Positions 21,608 through 31,918 of a stretch of DNA of 64,000 nucleotides are shown one piece after another. The stretch covers positions 704,001 through 768,000 of the forward strand of contig CAVQHD010000001.1 of NCBI GenBank assembly GCA_963712275.1, read 5' to 3'. The stretch comes from an uncultured Rhabdochlamydiaceae bacterium. GTDB taxonomy: Bacteria; Chlamydiota; Chlamydiia; Chlamydiales; Rhabdochlamydiaceae. The notes below the pieces were generated by a model. The model was not told the DNA's origin. It searched no databases and saw only the letters and a program-made list of their open reading frames with translations. Made by a program: the position numbers and the translations under genes. Position 1 is the first letter of the stretch, and the number at the start of each line of letters is the position of its first letter.

Positions 21608-21717
21608 AAAGAGTCTCCTTTGTACTTTTAAAGAAGAAAATTGTAGAGGACCATTTCGTTTAGATCCACTCTTTTTTTAATTGGAAATTCAACCGATTCC
21701 TTGTTAAACTTTCTCTC

Positions 21718-22752
21718 ATGGACTCAAAGTATTTTTGGATCATTGAAGCTTTGATAGGGATTGCTATCCTGATTGTCGTTCAATATGGGGTTAGAGTTGC
21801 GCTCTCTCGGATTGAGAGGCAAGCCTTGCAATCTCGGAAGGGATGGCGGTTACACGTGGGGAAAATTTTTCGTCCTCCGCTCACAACGCTTTTGTGGGTT
21901 TTAGGAGCTCTTTATTTAATAGACTTGGTTGGAGAGCATATTGGCTTTTCGATTGCGGTCAAATACCTAGATGCCTTTCGAAAAACGGCTATAGTTGGTT
22001 GCAGCGCTTGGATGCTTTATCGGTGGAAAGATGTCATTGAACAAATTTTTTTGGCGCATCCATTCAAGAAAGTTGATGTGACGACGGTTCAAATGATTGG
22101 CCGCCTTGCCACTCTGGCAGTCGGTATTCTTACAGCCTTAATTATTCTTCAAATTTTTGGGGTTAATATCGGCCCCCTAGTTGCCTTTGGAAGCATTGGA
22201 GCGGCATCGCTTGGGTTTGCTGGGAAAGATGTGATGGCCAATTTTTGTAGTGGGATTATGCTCCAGGTTACACGCCCTTTTGTGATTGGAGATTTCATCT
22301 GTCTGCCCGAAAAAAATCTTGAAGGGTATGTGGAAGAAATTGGGTGGTTTCGCATTTCCCTTCGCGACAAACAAAAAAGGGCTGTTTATCTTCCGAACAA
22401 TTTTCTTGCGATCATGCTTGTTGTAAATGCCTCCCGCATGACACATCGGCAGATTAAGCAATCTTTAAAAATTGGGTTTAAAGATTTAAGCAAGGTCTCA
22501 GAAATTGTCAATCAAATGAGAAAGCATTTAGAAAAATGTCCTCAAATCGATACCCATTGCCCTTTGCATGTGTTCCTAAAGTCATTTGGGGACTATGCAT
22601 GTGAAATTGAAGTGGAGGCCTACTCCACAGTCATTGACCAAGATGCCTTCAACCGTCTTCAGCACACTCTTCTTTTAGAGTTTCAAGGAATTTTCCAAGA
22701 AAAGGGGGTTCAATTACCGCTTCCTATCATGTGTTGGACTGAAAGCTCTTAG
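21718..22752 (+). CDS. mscS: MscS-family mechanosensitive channel
   Basis: TM helices, LGFAGKD..ANF, RPFVIGD, GYVEEIG, LPN. Confidence 0.9.
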   Translation: MDSKYFWIIEALIGIAILIVVQYGVRVALSRIERQALQSRKGWRLHVGKIFRPPLTTLLWVLGALYLIDLVGEHIGFSIAVKYLDAFRKTAIVGCSAWMLYRWKDVIEQIFLAHPFKKVDVTTVQMIGRLATLAVGILTALIILQIFGVNIGPLVAFGSIGAASLGFAGKDVMANFCSGIMLQVTRPFVIGDFICLPEKNLEGYVEEIGWFRISLRDKQKRAVYLPNNFLAIMLVVNASRMTHRQIKQSLKIGFKDLSKVSEIVNQMRKHLEKCPQIDTHCPLHVFLKSFGDYACEIEVEAYSTVIDQDAFNRLQHTLLLEFQGIFQEKGVQLPLPIMCWTESS

Positions 22753-22918
22753 AGACTGTCTACGGATTCAGTTTCGGTCGATTTTTGGGTCTGGTTCAAA
22801 TTCTTCATAGAGCAGGTAACACTTTTTTCGCCTTTTACCAGGAGAATGGCACAAAAAGTGTTACCCCACTTTGAACCAGACCCAAAAATCGACGAAACCT
22901 GAATCCGTAGACAGTCTC
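22752..22918. mobile_element. Palindromic element (GAGACTGTC...GACAGTCTC), core-sharing family
   Basis: Inverted arms of about 50 bp plus an inner hairpin; TTA direct repeat at 22749-22751 and 22919-22921; abuts both convergent stops. Confidence 0.85.
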
Positions 22919-23437
22919 TTAACTCTTATCCGTTGAGCTGAGGGCGAGTTTTTTGAATTGAAAGAGCTCGTAGAGTCCAAGGAGGGCAAGGATGATAAAG
23001 ACGTAGAAAAATAGAGGGGAAACAGGGTACCCGAGGGTTACCGCAACGAGGACTAAAAATTGAAGTGCTGTTGCTATTTTTCCCCACCGAATCGATCGGA
23101 ACTGGTAGGTTTGCCATAAGCCTGAAAGGCTTAAATACAAGCCAAACAAACAAAGGGCAAAATCTCGTGAAACCATCGTCAGTGCTTGCCAGAGCTCTAT
23201 TCTTTGTTCAGCGAATAAAACGCCTAATGTAAAAAAGACAAAGAATTTATCCATTGCCGGGTCTAAAACAGCTCCAAAGCGGGAGGTCGTTTTAGATCGG
23301 CGCGCCACATAGCCATCAATGCTATCTGTCAACATGGCAAGGAGAATGGACATAAGCCGAAATGTAGGGCTTTCCAATAAAAAAATAAAAGCTAGAGGTG
23401 CCCTCAGAAGGGACAAACTGTTGGACAGGTTGATCAT
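22919..23437 (-). CDS. pgsA: CDP-alcohol phosphatidyltransferase
   Basis: DSIDGYVARR...GAVLDPAMDK signature. Confidence 0.88.
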   Translation of the reverse strand: MINLSNSLSLLRAPLAFIFLLESPTFRLMSILLAMLTDSIDGYVARRSKTTSRFGAVLDPAMDKFFVFFTLGVLFAEQRIELWQALTMVSRDFALCLFGLYLSLSGLWQTYQFRSIRWGKIATALQFLVLVAVTLGYPVSPLFFYVFIILALLGLYELFQFKKLALSSTDKS

Positions 23438-24060
23438 GACTTTTGTAGGTTTTCCACAGCTGCTTTTTTCCTTCGCTTATACCAAAGAAGAGTAATTACC
23501 GTCACACCGAAAGCTAAAAAAATCGTTAGGTTGATGATCTTTAGATGATCCAGTAAAGATTGAAAATTTTTCCCTAAGGTAAAAAAAAGATAGAAAGAAA
23601 CAGAGCTCCAGGTAAAAGAAGCTGGTAAATCCCATAGGGCAAATTTATAAAAAGGGATGCGGCTCATTCCTGAGGACATAAAAATGCAATTTCGGATTCC
23701 GAAGGGGATGAAACGACCTAGCATGAGCGTCCACGCCCCATATTTGCGGTAAAACTGTTCAATACGTGACATTCGAGAGGGTGGAAAAAGCTTTTGAAAC
23801 CACTTGAGCCGATGCAGTTGCTGACCTACTAACCGACCAAACCAATAAGCGATCCAGGCTGAAAAATAACAACCCAAAAAGATCGCTAAATAGAGATGCC
23901 ATACTTGCTCTGGGATTAAGGTCGCTGCAAGAAATGCAGCGCCAACAACAAGGATATCTACGCTAATGGGGATATTAAATCCCGCAAGCAGAATAGCTCC
24001 AAATATCAACCAATGGGCATGCTGCGCGTGCTGTACGATCCAATCGATGAGACCTTCCAT
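23434..24060 (-). CDS. dedA: DedA family membrane protein
   Basis: AYWFGR, FYRKYG, GRFIPFGIR. Confidence 0.88.
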   Translation of the reverse strand: MEGLIDWIVQHAQHAHWLIFGAILLAGFNIPISVDILVVGAAFLAATLIPEQVWHLYLAIFLGCYFSAWIAYWFGRLVGQQLHRLKWFQKLFPPSRMSRIEQFYRKYGAWTLMLGRFIPFGIRNCIFMSSGMSRIPFYKFALWDLPASFTWSSVSFYLFFTLGKNFQSLLDHLKIINLTIFLAFGVTVITLLWYKRRKKAAVENLQKS

Positions 24061-24164
24061 AGTCTCTATTTTACCGGTCTGACTGGTTAATAGGGGAGAT
24101 AATTATTTTTTGAGAGATCTGATAAATCATTTACATTTCAATCAGATTATTATAAATATAAATT

Positions 24165-24608
24165 ATGAATAAAAAATATTTGTTAATATCTGTTGTTGTA
24201 GGACTTATTTTAATTACAACAGCTATTTTAAAATGGGTGTTTCCTTCACCGCGAGATCCTATATTGTATTTTATTGTGGGGGCTGCTGAAGCTGCCTTTG
24301 GTGCTATTTTAATCGTCTGCCGCAGGTCATGGAGGGTTTGGGCTCTTTTTACATTGGTCCTTTCCCTTGGGGCTGGATTTTCGCTTTATACGACGATTTT
24401 TGAGCTTCCCTGTTCTTGCTTTGGGGCAGCCTTTGAGTTTCCTCGAGGGGTGCCGCTGAGCTTAAATGGGCTAATGTTTGCAGCGGCCTGGAGGGTTTTA
24501 GGCAGTTATCCATCTCATCCTATAGAGCTTAGAAGAATAATTTTGTTTTTTTCTGTTTTTTGCGTGACCGGGTTTGTTATTGCAGGGATTTATTACGGTA
24601 TAACTTGA
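24165..24608 (+). CDS. MauE/DoxX-like membrane protein
   Basis: Multiple TM segments with CSCFG. Confidence 0.55.
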   Translation: MNKKYLLISVVVGLILITTAILKWVFPSPRDPILYFIVGAAEAAFGAILIVCRRSWRVWALFTLVLSLGAGFSLYTTIFELPCSCFGAAFEFPRGVPLSLNGLMFAAAWRVLGSYPSHPIELRRIILFFSVFCVTGFVIAGIYYGIT

Positions 24609-24651
24609 CTGATTAATTATTTTTAATATATTCCTATTTTTTGGAGGGGTT

Positions 24652-24984
24652 ATGAAGAAAAATCGGTCATTAGAGGCAAATCTACAGGCAGCTAAAACCG
24701 CTGTTCACGAAATGATACGTCATTGGCATCATTGGAAAGAAGCGCGAGAGATGGAGACCAAAACAGAGGCGATTGCGGCCTACGCTGCTGCATTTACAAA
24801 CTGTAAAGTCTATATTGAAAATTATCTCAAGCATATCTATCCAAACGAGCAGAAAGTGCCGATGAAGATCTCTCAAGATATTCGGAAGATCGTTGGTGAG
24901 ATGGATGTAATTGAAAAGACAAATGCAAAAAAGCTAAACCAAGCAATTCAAGGGATAGAGCAGCTCAGCCGAGATGCGGCCTAG
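24652..24984 (+). CDS. Hypothetical protein
   Basis: 110-aa ORF with GGAGG RBS. Confidence 0.7.
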   Translation: MKKNRSLEANLQAAKTAVHEMIRHWHHWKEAREMETKTEAIAAYAAAFTNCKVYIENYLKHIYPNEQKVPMKISQDIRKIVGEMDVIEKTNAKKLNQAIQGIEQLSRDAA

Positions 24985-26524
24985 GTTCTTTTTCCGTTTG
25001 TTCTGCCTGGGAAGACGGTTCTGCAGTGAGTTGATGGAATTGCTTCCCGAGAGAGCGGGTAGCGGCAACCCAGCCTCCAATGGCTATTAGAAGAAGGATG
25101 GCGACGATCGGGGTGCTTCCTACAATGGTTCCAAAAGCAATCAAAAGAAACTGATACATCAAAGCACCGCCTGATTTTCCAAGGCGTGATCCAACCCCGT
25201 CAATAGCAGCTTTTCCTTTGAGCTTGGCTTCTTGGGAAAGAGGGATAAATGCCAGTTCTTTTGTGGCATCAACAAGACTATATTTTGTTCCACGCAGGAC
25301 GCAGTTTTGAAGCGATCCAAGGAAGGCGGCAAGAGCAAGGGGTGTTGTGCCAAAGGAGATGCAGATGCCAATGAGGGATTCCTTAGGAAGAAGAAGCGCT
25401 GCAAAGAAGAGAACTCCCGTGAGAAGTGTCAAGATAGGAGAAATGAGGGCGCTTTTTGTCCAGCCAAGAGCTCGAATGGCATATCCTGAGATAAAAAGTG
25501 AAATCACGGCAGCAATAAGAGCGATCCAAAAGTTAACGCCTGCCATATAGGTATTAAAATCAGCGGCGGCAGGATAGAGTTGTTTCACTTGATCTTTCCA
25601 CACGACTTCGGCGAGATTAATGACAATATTATAAGTGACAACCAGAACGGCAATTAACATCAAATAGCGGGATTTAGCAAGGGAAGCAAAACTTTTACGC
25701 ATGCCCATTTTAATAGGCATTTCTCGGTGCTGTTTTAGAATCGCTTCGGTATAGCCGTGCCCCTGTTTATTCATCCACCAGTAAAGCCCTACGCATAAAG
25801 AGCCTGCTCCCACAATGATGATGTTCATGAAGAAGATGGATTGATCCCATGCGGTTGTCCCAAAAGGAATTGAAGGATTAAAACTTTTAGTCGATAGATA
25901 GGCAGCGATCGCTCCTGCCAAGATGCCAGAGAGGTTTGTTCCGACCCCAAAAAGGCCATAAAATCGTTTGGCATCTTTAACCGATGTTACATCGTTAGCA
26001 TATCCCCAAAATAACACGGTCATCATCATGGTGCTCCACATCTCCGCCATTACGTAGAATGTGGTGTATGTCCAGTTTCGAATGAGGGCTACCAGTCCCC
26101 GAAAGCCTTGAGGAAGAATCGATTGCAGCCTATCGGCAAAATCGTTTGGATGAAGAGTCTCTCGATTCGGATAAAGGACAAAGGTAAAAAGGATGAAATA
26201 TCCAATAAATAGCCCCATCATCGCATAAAAAATGGTCCGTCGATTCATCCGATTGGATAAGCGCGTGTAGATAAAAGTCATAAAAATAGCCATGGGTAAA
26301 ATCGCCCAGACTTTAATGAAAGGAAGAGCTTCAGCTCCTGACTCAGGGGCCGTGATCAAAACAGCGTCTTTAGAGATGCGGAGGAGGTAGTAGTTAAAGC
26401 AAATTAAGAAAGAAATGAGAAACATGGGAATGAACTTTGGATATTCCTCCCGGTAGACAGGCCATAAAAAAGCACGCAGGGTGCCAAACGGCTTTGTACT
26501 CATGCTCCTCGTGTTGACTACCAC
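24965..26524 (-). CDS. NTT/TLC-family nucleotide transporter (Npt2-like by position)
   Basis: KFIPM, TFYVMAEMW, FWGYAN, KGKAAIDGVGSRLGKSGG; substrate cannot be determined from sequence. Confidence 0.93.
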   Translation of the reverse strand: MVVNTRSMSTKPFGTLRAFLWPVYREEYPKFIPMFLISFLICFNYYLLRISKDAVLITAPESGAEALPFIKVWAILPMAIFMTFIYTRLSNRMNRRTIFYAMMGLFIGYFILFTFVLYPNRETLHPNDFADRLQSILPQGFRGLVALIRNWTYTTFYVMAEMWSTMMMTVLFWGYANDVTSVKDAKRFYGLFGVGTNLSGILAGAIAAYLSTKSFNPSIPFGTTAWDQSIFFMNIIIVGAGSLCVGLYWWMNKQGHGYTEAILKQHREMPIKMGMRKSFASLAKSRYLMLIAVLVVTYNIVINLAEVVWKDQVKQLYPAAADFNTYMAGVNFWIALIAAVISLFISGYAIRALGWTKSALISPILTLLTGVLFFAALLLPKESLIGICISFGTTPLALAAFLGSLQNCVLRGTKYSLVDATKELAFIPLSQEAKLKGKAAIDGVGSRLGKSGGALMYQFLLIAFGTIVGSTPIVAILLLIAIGGWVAATRSLGKQFHQLTAEPSSQAEQTEKEPRPHLG

Positions 26525-26573
26525 TAATTATATGGACTTAAGAGTTAAATTCAAGGAGAGAGTTGGGAGTACG

Positions 26574-26767
26574 CAGGATGCAGGAAATTATAATAAATAT
26601 TTGAAACCTTTGCTCACTCGTGCTTATTTCCATTTCTTCACCACAGAGACACAGAGAGGGATGAGATTGCACAGAGGATTTTTTTCCTCTGTGCAATCTC
26701 ATCCCTCTCTGTGTCTCTGTGGTGAAGAAATGGAAATAAGTCTGAGTCGACAAAAGTTTTCAAAATA
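26574..26767. mobile_element. Long palindromic element family A, copy 1
   Basis: CTTATTTCC...CACAGAGG / CCTCTGTG...GGAAATAAG perfect core; right outer arm truncated. Confidence 0.9.
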
Positions 26768-26774
26768 AAATTTT

Positions 26775-27980
26775 TTAGAGGGGATTGTCGGAGAGGGCGT
26801 CAACCCCTGGTAGATGCCCTGTTTCGAGGTATTTAAGAGAGGCTCCGCCGCCTGTCGAAAGGTGAGTAAACTTTTCTGTAAGTCCTAGTGCTTGAATGGC
26901 TGCAACAGAGTCTCCTCCTCCAATGATTGTGATGGCGTCTAGACCGGCTAAATATTTTGCCAGGGCTTCTGTCCCGCGGGCAAAAGGGGGGAATTCGAAG
27001 ACACCTAGGGGGCCGTTCCAAAAGAAGGTTGCTCCGTGAGATAGGGGCTTGCTCCAGGCTTGAATTGTCGTGGGGCCGACGTCCATGCCTATCCATCCTG
27101 GAGGGATTGAGCCGGGAAGGGTGATGGTTTTATAGGTGGCGTCGCTTCGAAATTGATCTGCAATGACAAGATCTAGAGGAAGATGAACATCGATTTTTTT
27201 ATCATGGCAAGCTTGAAGGAGGGAGCGGGCTTCATCTAATTGACCGATTTCGACATTCGAAGCGCCTGTCTCCATTCCTTGAGCCTTTAAGAAGGTCAGA
27301 GCCATGCCCCCTCCGATGAAAAAAGCATCGACTTGATTGAGGAGGGACCTGAGCATTCCCAGCTTGGAGGAGATTTTTGCCCCTCCGATGATGACAAAGA
27401 AGGGGTGCTTCGGATGTTCAAGAAGCGAGCTGAGAAAGCCGAGCTCTTTTTGCATTAGCAATCCCATCGCTGCGCGCCCTGGAAAATAATTTTCGATGAC
27501 AGCAGTTGAAGAGTGGGGGCGGTGGGCTGTCCCAAAAGCGTCATTGACATAATAGTCAATTCCTTTGGCAAGCTCTTTAGCAAAGTCGGGATCGAGAGAG
27601 GGGTTTTCTTCGGCAGGGTAAAAACGGAGGTTCTCAAGGAGAAGCACTTGCCCTCCTTTGAGTTCTTGAATCATTTGGTCGACCTCTTTGCCAACACAGT
27701 CAGGTGCAAAGAAGACAGGGGCCGCAATGAGCTGGGAAAGCCTTTTTGCGCAGATTCCAAGGGAGAGATGAACATCTTGCTTAGAGGTAGGGTTGCCAAG
27801 ATGACTCATCAAAATCAAAGCCGCGCCCGACTGCACGATATGCTGAATGGTGGGAAGCGACTCTCGGATCCGGGTATCGTCGGCAATCGAGCCATCTTTA
27901 TTCAGCGGCACATTGTAGTCGACCCGCATGAGAACTTTTTTTCCGGCAATGGGAAGATCTTGAATTGTTAGCTTAGTCAT
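26775..27980 (-). CDS. pgk: Phosphoglycerate kinase
   Basis: [29 protein letters not shown]. Confidence 0.97.
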   Translation of the reverse strand: MTKLTIQDLPIAGKKVLMRVDYNVPLNKDGSIADDTRIRESLPTIQHIVQSGAALILMSHLGNPTSKQDVHLSLGICAKRLSQLIAAPVFFAPDCVGKEVDQMIQELKGGQVLLLENLRFYPAEENPSLDPDFAKELAKGIDYYVNDAFGTAHRPHSSTAVIENYFPGRAAMGLLMQKELGFLSSLLEHPKHPFFVIIGGAKISSKLGMLRSLLNQVDAFFIGGGMALTFLKAQGMETGASNVEIGQLDEARSLLQACHDKKIDVHLPLDLVIADQFRSDATYKTITLPGSIPPGWIGMDVGPTTIQAWSKPLSHGATFFWNGPLGVFEFPPFARGTEALAKYLAGLDAITIIGGGDSVAAIQALGLTEKFTHLSTGGGASLKYLETGHLPGVDALSDNPL

Positions 27981-28726
27981 AACTGCGAAAAGGGGTTTGC
28001 TGCTTGTTCAAATCGATTCCCTTGGCTTCTTTTTTGGAGTTCGACGCGAATCGAAAAGAGTAGGTCTTCATCAAAGTCCATCCGAAGAGACCGTTTAAGG
28101 TATTCATCGGGGATGGTATTAAACGGTTGTCCCTTATATTTCCCGAGAGGCCATTTTTTGAGAAGGATCGGTTTTTTAAGACGGGTTAAAATTTGATCGG
28201 TGGTTTTAAAATTTTGACTGAGGTACTTGAAAACGCGAATATTGACGGAGACATCGTTCATGGCCCGATGAGCCCCTTCAGCTTCAATATTAAAATGCTG
28301 CCGGAGCATTTCAAGGGAATTGGTGGGGCTTTCTCCATAGAGCCTAGCAAGTCTCAGTGTATTAATTGAAATGAGCGCATGAAAGGGGTGGGCAATATTG
28401 CACCTTGCTGCGGCTTCGGCAAGGAACGCAAGATCCATTTGAATTCCATGTCCAATGACAACATGAGAATCGATCATATCGATGATTTTAGAAAGGACGT
28501 CTTTGATTTTGGGTTTTCCAAGAACCATGTCTGTTGTAATGTGGTGGATAGCAATAGAAGCGTCTGAGATTGAGATTTCAGGGTCAATCAGGGTCTCAAA
28601 ACTTTCGAGAATTTCAGAAAATGTAAATTTTACAACCGCAATTTCAATAATGCGGTCGGTTTTGGGCTCGAGTCCTGTTGTTTCGCAATCAAGACAGATA
28701 AATGTGTCTTTATTAAGAAATCCCAT
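27977..28726 (-). CDS. dnaQ: DEDDh 3'-5' exonuclease (DnaQ-like)
   Basis: DCETTG, HRAMND motifs. Confidence 0.85.
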   Translation of the reverse strand: MGFLNKDTFICLDCETTGLEPKTDRIIEIAVVKFTFSEILESFETLIDPEISISDASIAIHHITTDMVLGKPKIKDVLSKIIDMIDSHVVIGHGIQMDLAFLAEAAARCNIAHPFHALISINTLRLARLYGESPTNSLEMLRQHFNIEAEGAHRAMNDVSVNIRVFKYLSQNFKTTDQILTRLKKPILLKKWPLGKYKGQPFNTIPDEYLKRSLRMDFDEDLLFSIRVELQKRSQGNRFEQAANPFSQL

Positions 28727-29313
28727 TATTTTTTTAGTAGATGGTTAATTGTTGAGATGAGAGAGTCCCTCGATTTTCCATCTTTGATCGAGTAGCAAAG
28801 TGCAGGTATCGTCTGAGCCCGTTTTTTAACCGCTTCTCTTTCATGAGGTTTTAGTGTATCTGATTTTGTGAATATGAGTACAAGAGGTTTTTGGGCCTCA
28901 AGCGCCCAACGCATCATCTGAAGGTCATTCTCAGAAAATTCTCTTCGACTATCGACTAAAAGAAGAATGAGTTTTAAAGAAGTGCATTGATTGAAATAAT
29001 CGTCAATTTTCTCACTCCAGTGAAGCTGCTCTTCTTGAGAGCGTGCAGCATATCCATAGCCTGGAAGGTCAACCAAAATCAGCTGTTTATCGACCTTATA
29101 AAAATTTAGTGTGGTTGTTTTCCCTGGAGCAGAAGAGGTGCGGGCAAGGTTTTTATGACGAAGAAGATGATTGATCAGCGATGACTTCCCTACATTAGAT
29201 CTTCCTACAAGCGCAATTTCATCAAGTGGGATTTGGTTCTCATCTCGGAAGATATGATCGGGCTTTAACATTGAACCTAGGAACTCAGCTGTTTGAAATC
29301 GAATTCGTTTCAT
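28726..29313 (-). CDS. engB: Ribosome biogenesis GTPase YihA/EngB
   Basis: GRSNVGKSS, DLPGYG, TKSD. Confidence 0.95.
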   Translation of the reverse strand: MKRIRFQTAEFLGSMLKPDHIFRDENQIPLDEIALVGRSNVGKSSLINHLLRHKNLARTSSAPGKTTTLNFYKVDKQLILVDLPGYGYAARSQEEQLHWSEKIDDYFNQCTSLKLILLLVDSRREFSENDLQMMRWALEAQKPLVLIFTKSDTLKPHEREAVKKRAQTIPALCYSIKDGKSRDSLISTINHLLKK

Positions 29314-29750
29314 GTATTCCTATAAATTTCGCAATGTCGAGCAAGATTGTCTTGGCAAAAAGAAATCTCTAAATAAGTGGTTGTTTTTGGAAGGCGCTGC
29401 TCGATCCGTTCAGCCCACTCCAGGCAACAGATGCCTCCTGCGTTTAAGTAGTCAGAAAACCCAGCTGCTTCAAACTGTTCATAGTGTTGCAAGCGGTAGA
29501 GATCAAAATGAAAGATGGGAAAGATTCCCTCATAGATTTGCAGATAGGTAAAGGTGGGGCTTTGAATGAGGCGTGGAGGGATCTGTGTTAAAAAAGAGAT
29601 AAATCCTTTTAAGAATGTTGTCTTCCCTGACCCCAAGTCTCCCTTTAAGGCAAGAGTAAGCGGGGAAACGAGGTGTTGAGCCATTTCTTCACCGAACTGA
29701 ACCATTTTTTCAGGTGAAGAGAGGGTTTGACTAGCTACCGTCACTCGCAT
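29310..29750 (-). CDS. tsaE: tRNA t6A biosynthesis ATPase
   Basis: GDLGSGKTT, SPTF, HFDLYRL, LEWA; start approximate. Confidence 0.93.
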   Translation of the reverse strand: MRVTVASQTLSSPEKMVQFGEEMAQHLVSPLTLALKGDLGSGKTTFLKGFISFLTQIPPRLIQSPTFTYLQIYEGIFPIFHFDLYRLQHYEQFEAAGFSDYLNAGGICCLEWAERIEQRLPKTTTYLEISFCQDNLARHCEIYRNT

Positions 29751-30465
29751 CTTCGAGCCATTGATCCAGGTAGGGAGCAAATTCTTCAATCTTTGAAGCA
29801 GCTTCAACAAATGAAGAGATTTGACTTTCCTCTAGGTGGGTTTGAATAAATTGAAGAAAGTGGTCTTCAATTTGAAACCGATTTTGATTAGGGACTTCTA
29901 CGAGATCTAAAGTTTTTAATTGATTTTTGATAAAATCGTCGACGACAGCCTGCTTTGAGTTGAAAAGCTTGCCAGTGACAACAGAAGAAAAGACGATTTT
30001 AGTGATAGGCTCTTTTCGTTTGCCAATATAGTTTTTGATAACTTCAGGATCTTCGGAAACCAAAAACCGCTTGACTCGAAGGCCTTCTTGCCGCTCTGTA
30101 TTCTCAGGACATTTTGAAACCCAATCATAAATGGCATCCTGGGGATTAGGATGTGTGTTATCGCCAAAGACCTTTCCTGTGAAGGGGCAAATATAGATTT
30201 TCTTGGTTTGATCGTTAACACTCGGCTGCCCCATCTGGATTTTAATGTCGGTCTCGCGCCAAAGCTTTCCTTCTTTTTCCAATTTTTGCACAAGAGCTTC
30301 TTGGCTTTGAAAGATCATTTTCTCTCTTAAAAAAAGAACAGGACGAATGTTAAATTTTTTCTCTAAAAAATAGAGATAAGTCGTAATTAAATCGGCTTTT
30401 TTATCTTTTTTTAAAAATTTAATTATCTCATCTCTTAGATGATTCGAAATGACTATATTCGACAT
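29731..30465 (-). CDS. Conserved chlamydial protein (CT538/DUF2709-like)
   Basis: YICPFTGKVF and PQDAIYDWVS; position upstream of tsaE. Confidence 0.75.
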   Translation of the reverse strand: MSNIVISNHLRDEIIKFLKKDKKADLITTYLYFLEKKFNIRPVLFLREKMIFQSQEALVQKLEKEGKLWRETDIKIQMGQPSVNDQTKKIYICPFTGKVFGDNTHPNPQDAIYDWVSKCPENTERQEGLRVKRFLVSEDPEVIKNYIGKRKEPITKIVFSSVVTGKLFNSKQAVVDDFIKNQLKTLDLVEVPNQNRFQIEDHFLQFIQTHLEESQISSFVEAASKIEEFAPYLDQWLEDASDGS

Positions 30466-30537
30466 GAATATCCGCCTACTCAGGGTTAAGGTGGGCAGAA
30501 TATCCTAGTGGAGAATAATATTCAAGCTGGATAGAAG

Positions 30538-30730
30538 ATATTTGAAACTTTTGTTGGCTCAGGCTTATTTCCATTTCTTCACCACAGAGACACAGAGAGG
30601 GATGAGATTGCACAGAGGATTTTTTTCCTCTGTGCAATCTCATCCCTCTCTGTGCCTCTGTGGTGAAGAAATGGAAATAAGCCTGAGCCAACAAAAGTTT
30701 CAAATATTTATTCCAGTTTTCTATGCCCTG
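30538..30730. mobile_element. Long palindromic element family A, copy 2
   Basis: 30538-30707 has arms of about 81 bp with one mismatch; right outer arm extends to CCCTG at 30730. Confidence 0.9.
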
Positions 30731-30795
30731 AAGACGGCTGAAAAGAGTTGTTTTTACTTTGAACTCTATGGTACTATTCTTCGAAAAGGTTGACT

Positions 30796-31911
30796 ATGAA
30801 ACATCACACGTTAGATTCTCTTATCCTTAAACAGATCTCAGTTGCAGGGTATGAAAGGGTTATTGTTATCACTGATGAAAAGACAGCGCTTCAAGCAATT
30901 ATTTGCATTCATAATACAACTTTAGGACCAGCTCTTGGAGGAATCCGTATTCACCCCTATCCGAGTTTTGAGGCAGCGTTGACCGACGTTAAAAGACTTG
31001 CCCGTGGAATGACCTATAAGTCAGCTCTTGCAGAAGCTGGGCTTGGTGGAGGGAAAAGTGTCATTATCGCTCACCCTAAAAATAAAACGAAAGAGATGCT
31101 TGTGGCATTTGCAGAAGCCGTGCATCAGTTGGAAGGGGCTTACACATGTGCAGAAGATGCAGGATGCTCTCTTCAAGATGTCACGCTGATTGCTGAGAAG
31201 ACTCCCTATGTTGTGGGAATTGCACATGAGAGAAGTAGCGGAAATCCATCTCCTTTTACGGCTTGGGGAACGTTTCGTGGGATTCAAGCTGTTTTGAAAG
31301 TTATCGGCGGACAAACGTCTGTTGCAGGAAAAACAGTTGCGATTCAAGGGCTTGGAAGCGTTGGATCCCTTCTTGCAGAGATTTTATTTTGGCATGGAGC
31401 TCGCTTAATTGTCAGCGATATCGATTGGGAGAAAACTCAAAGAATTGCAAAAAAATGGGGCGCCACACCTTGTCCTGCCGATGATATTTTGGGTGTTGAG
31501 TGCGATGTACTAGCTCCTTGTGCAATGGGAGGGATTCTCAACCCGCAGACCATTTCTAGGCTTCAGTGCCGCGGGGTCGCAGGATGTGCAAATAATCAAC
31601 TGCTGAATGACCAGGACGCAGATCTATTAAAACAAAGAAATATTGTTTATGCGCCCGATTTTGTCATTAACGCGGGTGGGTTGATTAATGTGAGCGTCGA
31701 GCTTGAAGATGAGGGTTACAACCCTGTTAAAGCGCAAGCAAAAGTCGACGGTCTTTTTGAGCAGCTTCTTCGACTTTTTGAAATTGCCGAGCAAAAGCAA
31801 TGTTCAACGCATCAGGCAGCTCTTGCTCTAGGAGATTACCGAATCAAGTACGGAGTTGGAAAACGGCTCGCAGCGCCTCGCTACCACCACAAAGAAATCC
31901 GCTACCGATAG
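30796..31911 (+). CDS. ldh: Leucine (Glu/Leu/Phe/Val) dehydrogenase
   Basis: GPALGG, GMTYK, GGGK, QGLGSVG, PDFVINAGG. Confidence 0.92.
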   Translation: MKHHTLDSLILKQISVAGYERVIVITDEKTALQAIICIHNTTLGPALGGIRIHPYPSFEAALTDVKRLARGMTYKSALAEAGLGGGKSVIIAHPKNKTKEMLVAFAEAVHQLEGAYTCAEDAGCSLQDVTLIAEKTPYVVGIAHERSSGNPSPFTAWGTFRGIQAVLKVIGGQTSVAGKTVAIQGLGSVGSLLAEILFWHGARLIVSDIDWEKTQRIAKKWGATPCPADDILGVECDVLAPCAMGGILNPQTISRLQCRGVAGCANNQLLNDQDADLLKQRNIVYAPDFVINAGGLINVSVELEDEGYNPVKAQAKVDGLFEQLLRLFEIAEQKQCSTHQAALALGDYRIKYGVGKRLAAPRYHHKEIRYR

Positions 31912-31918
31912 GGCGCAA

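Noticed and set aside
26481..26768. Short ORFs over family A palindromes (also 30476, 30542, 44996, 54308) as real genes
   Set aside because: They arise from the repeat on both strands, with variable starts and ends and no consistent RBS.
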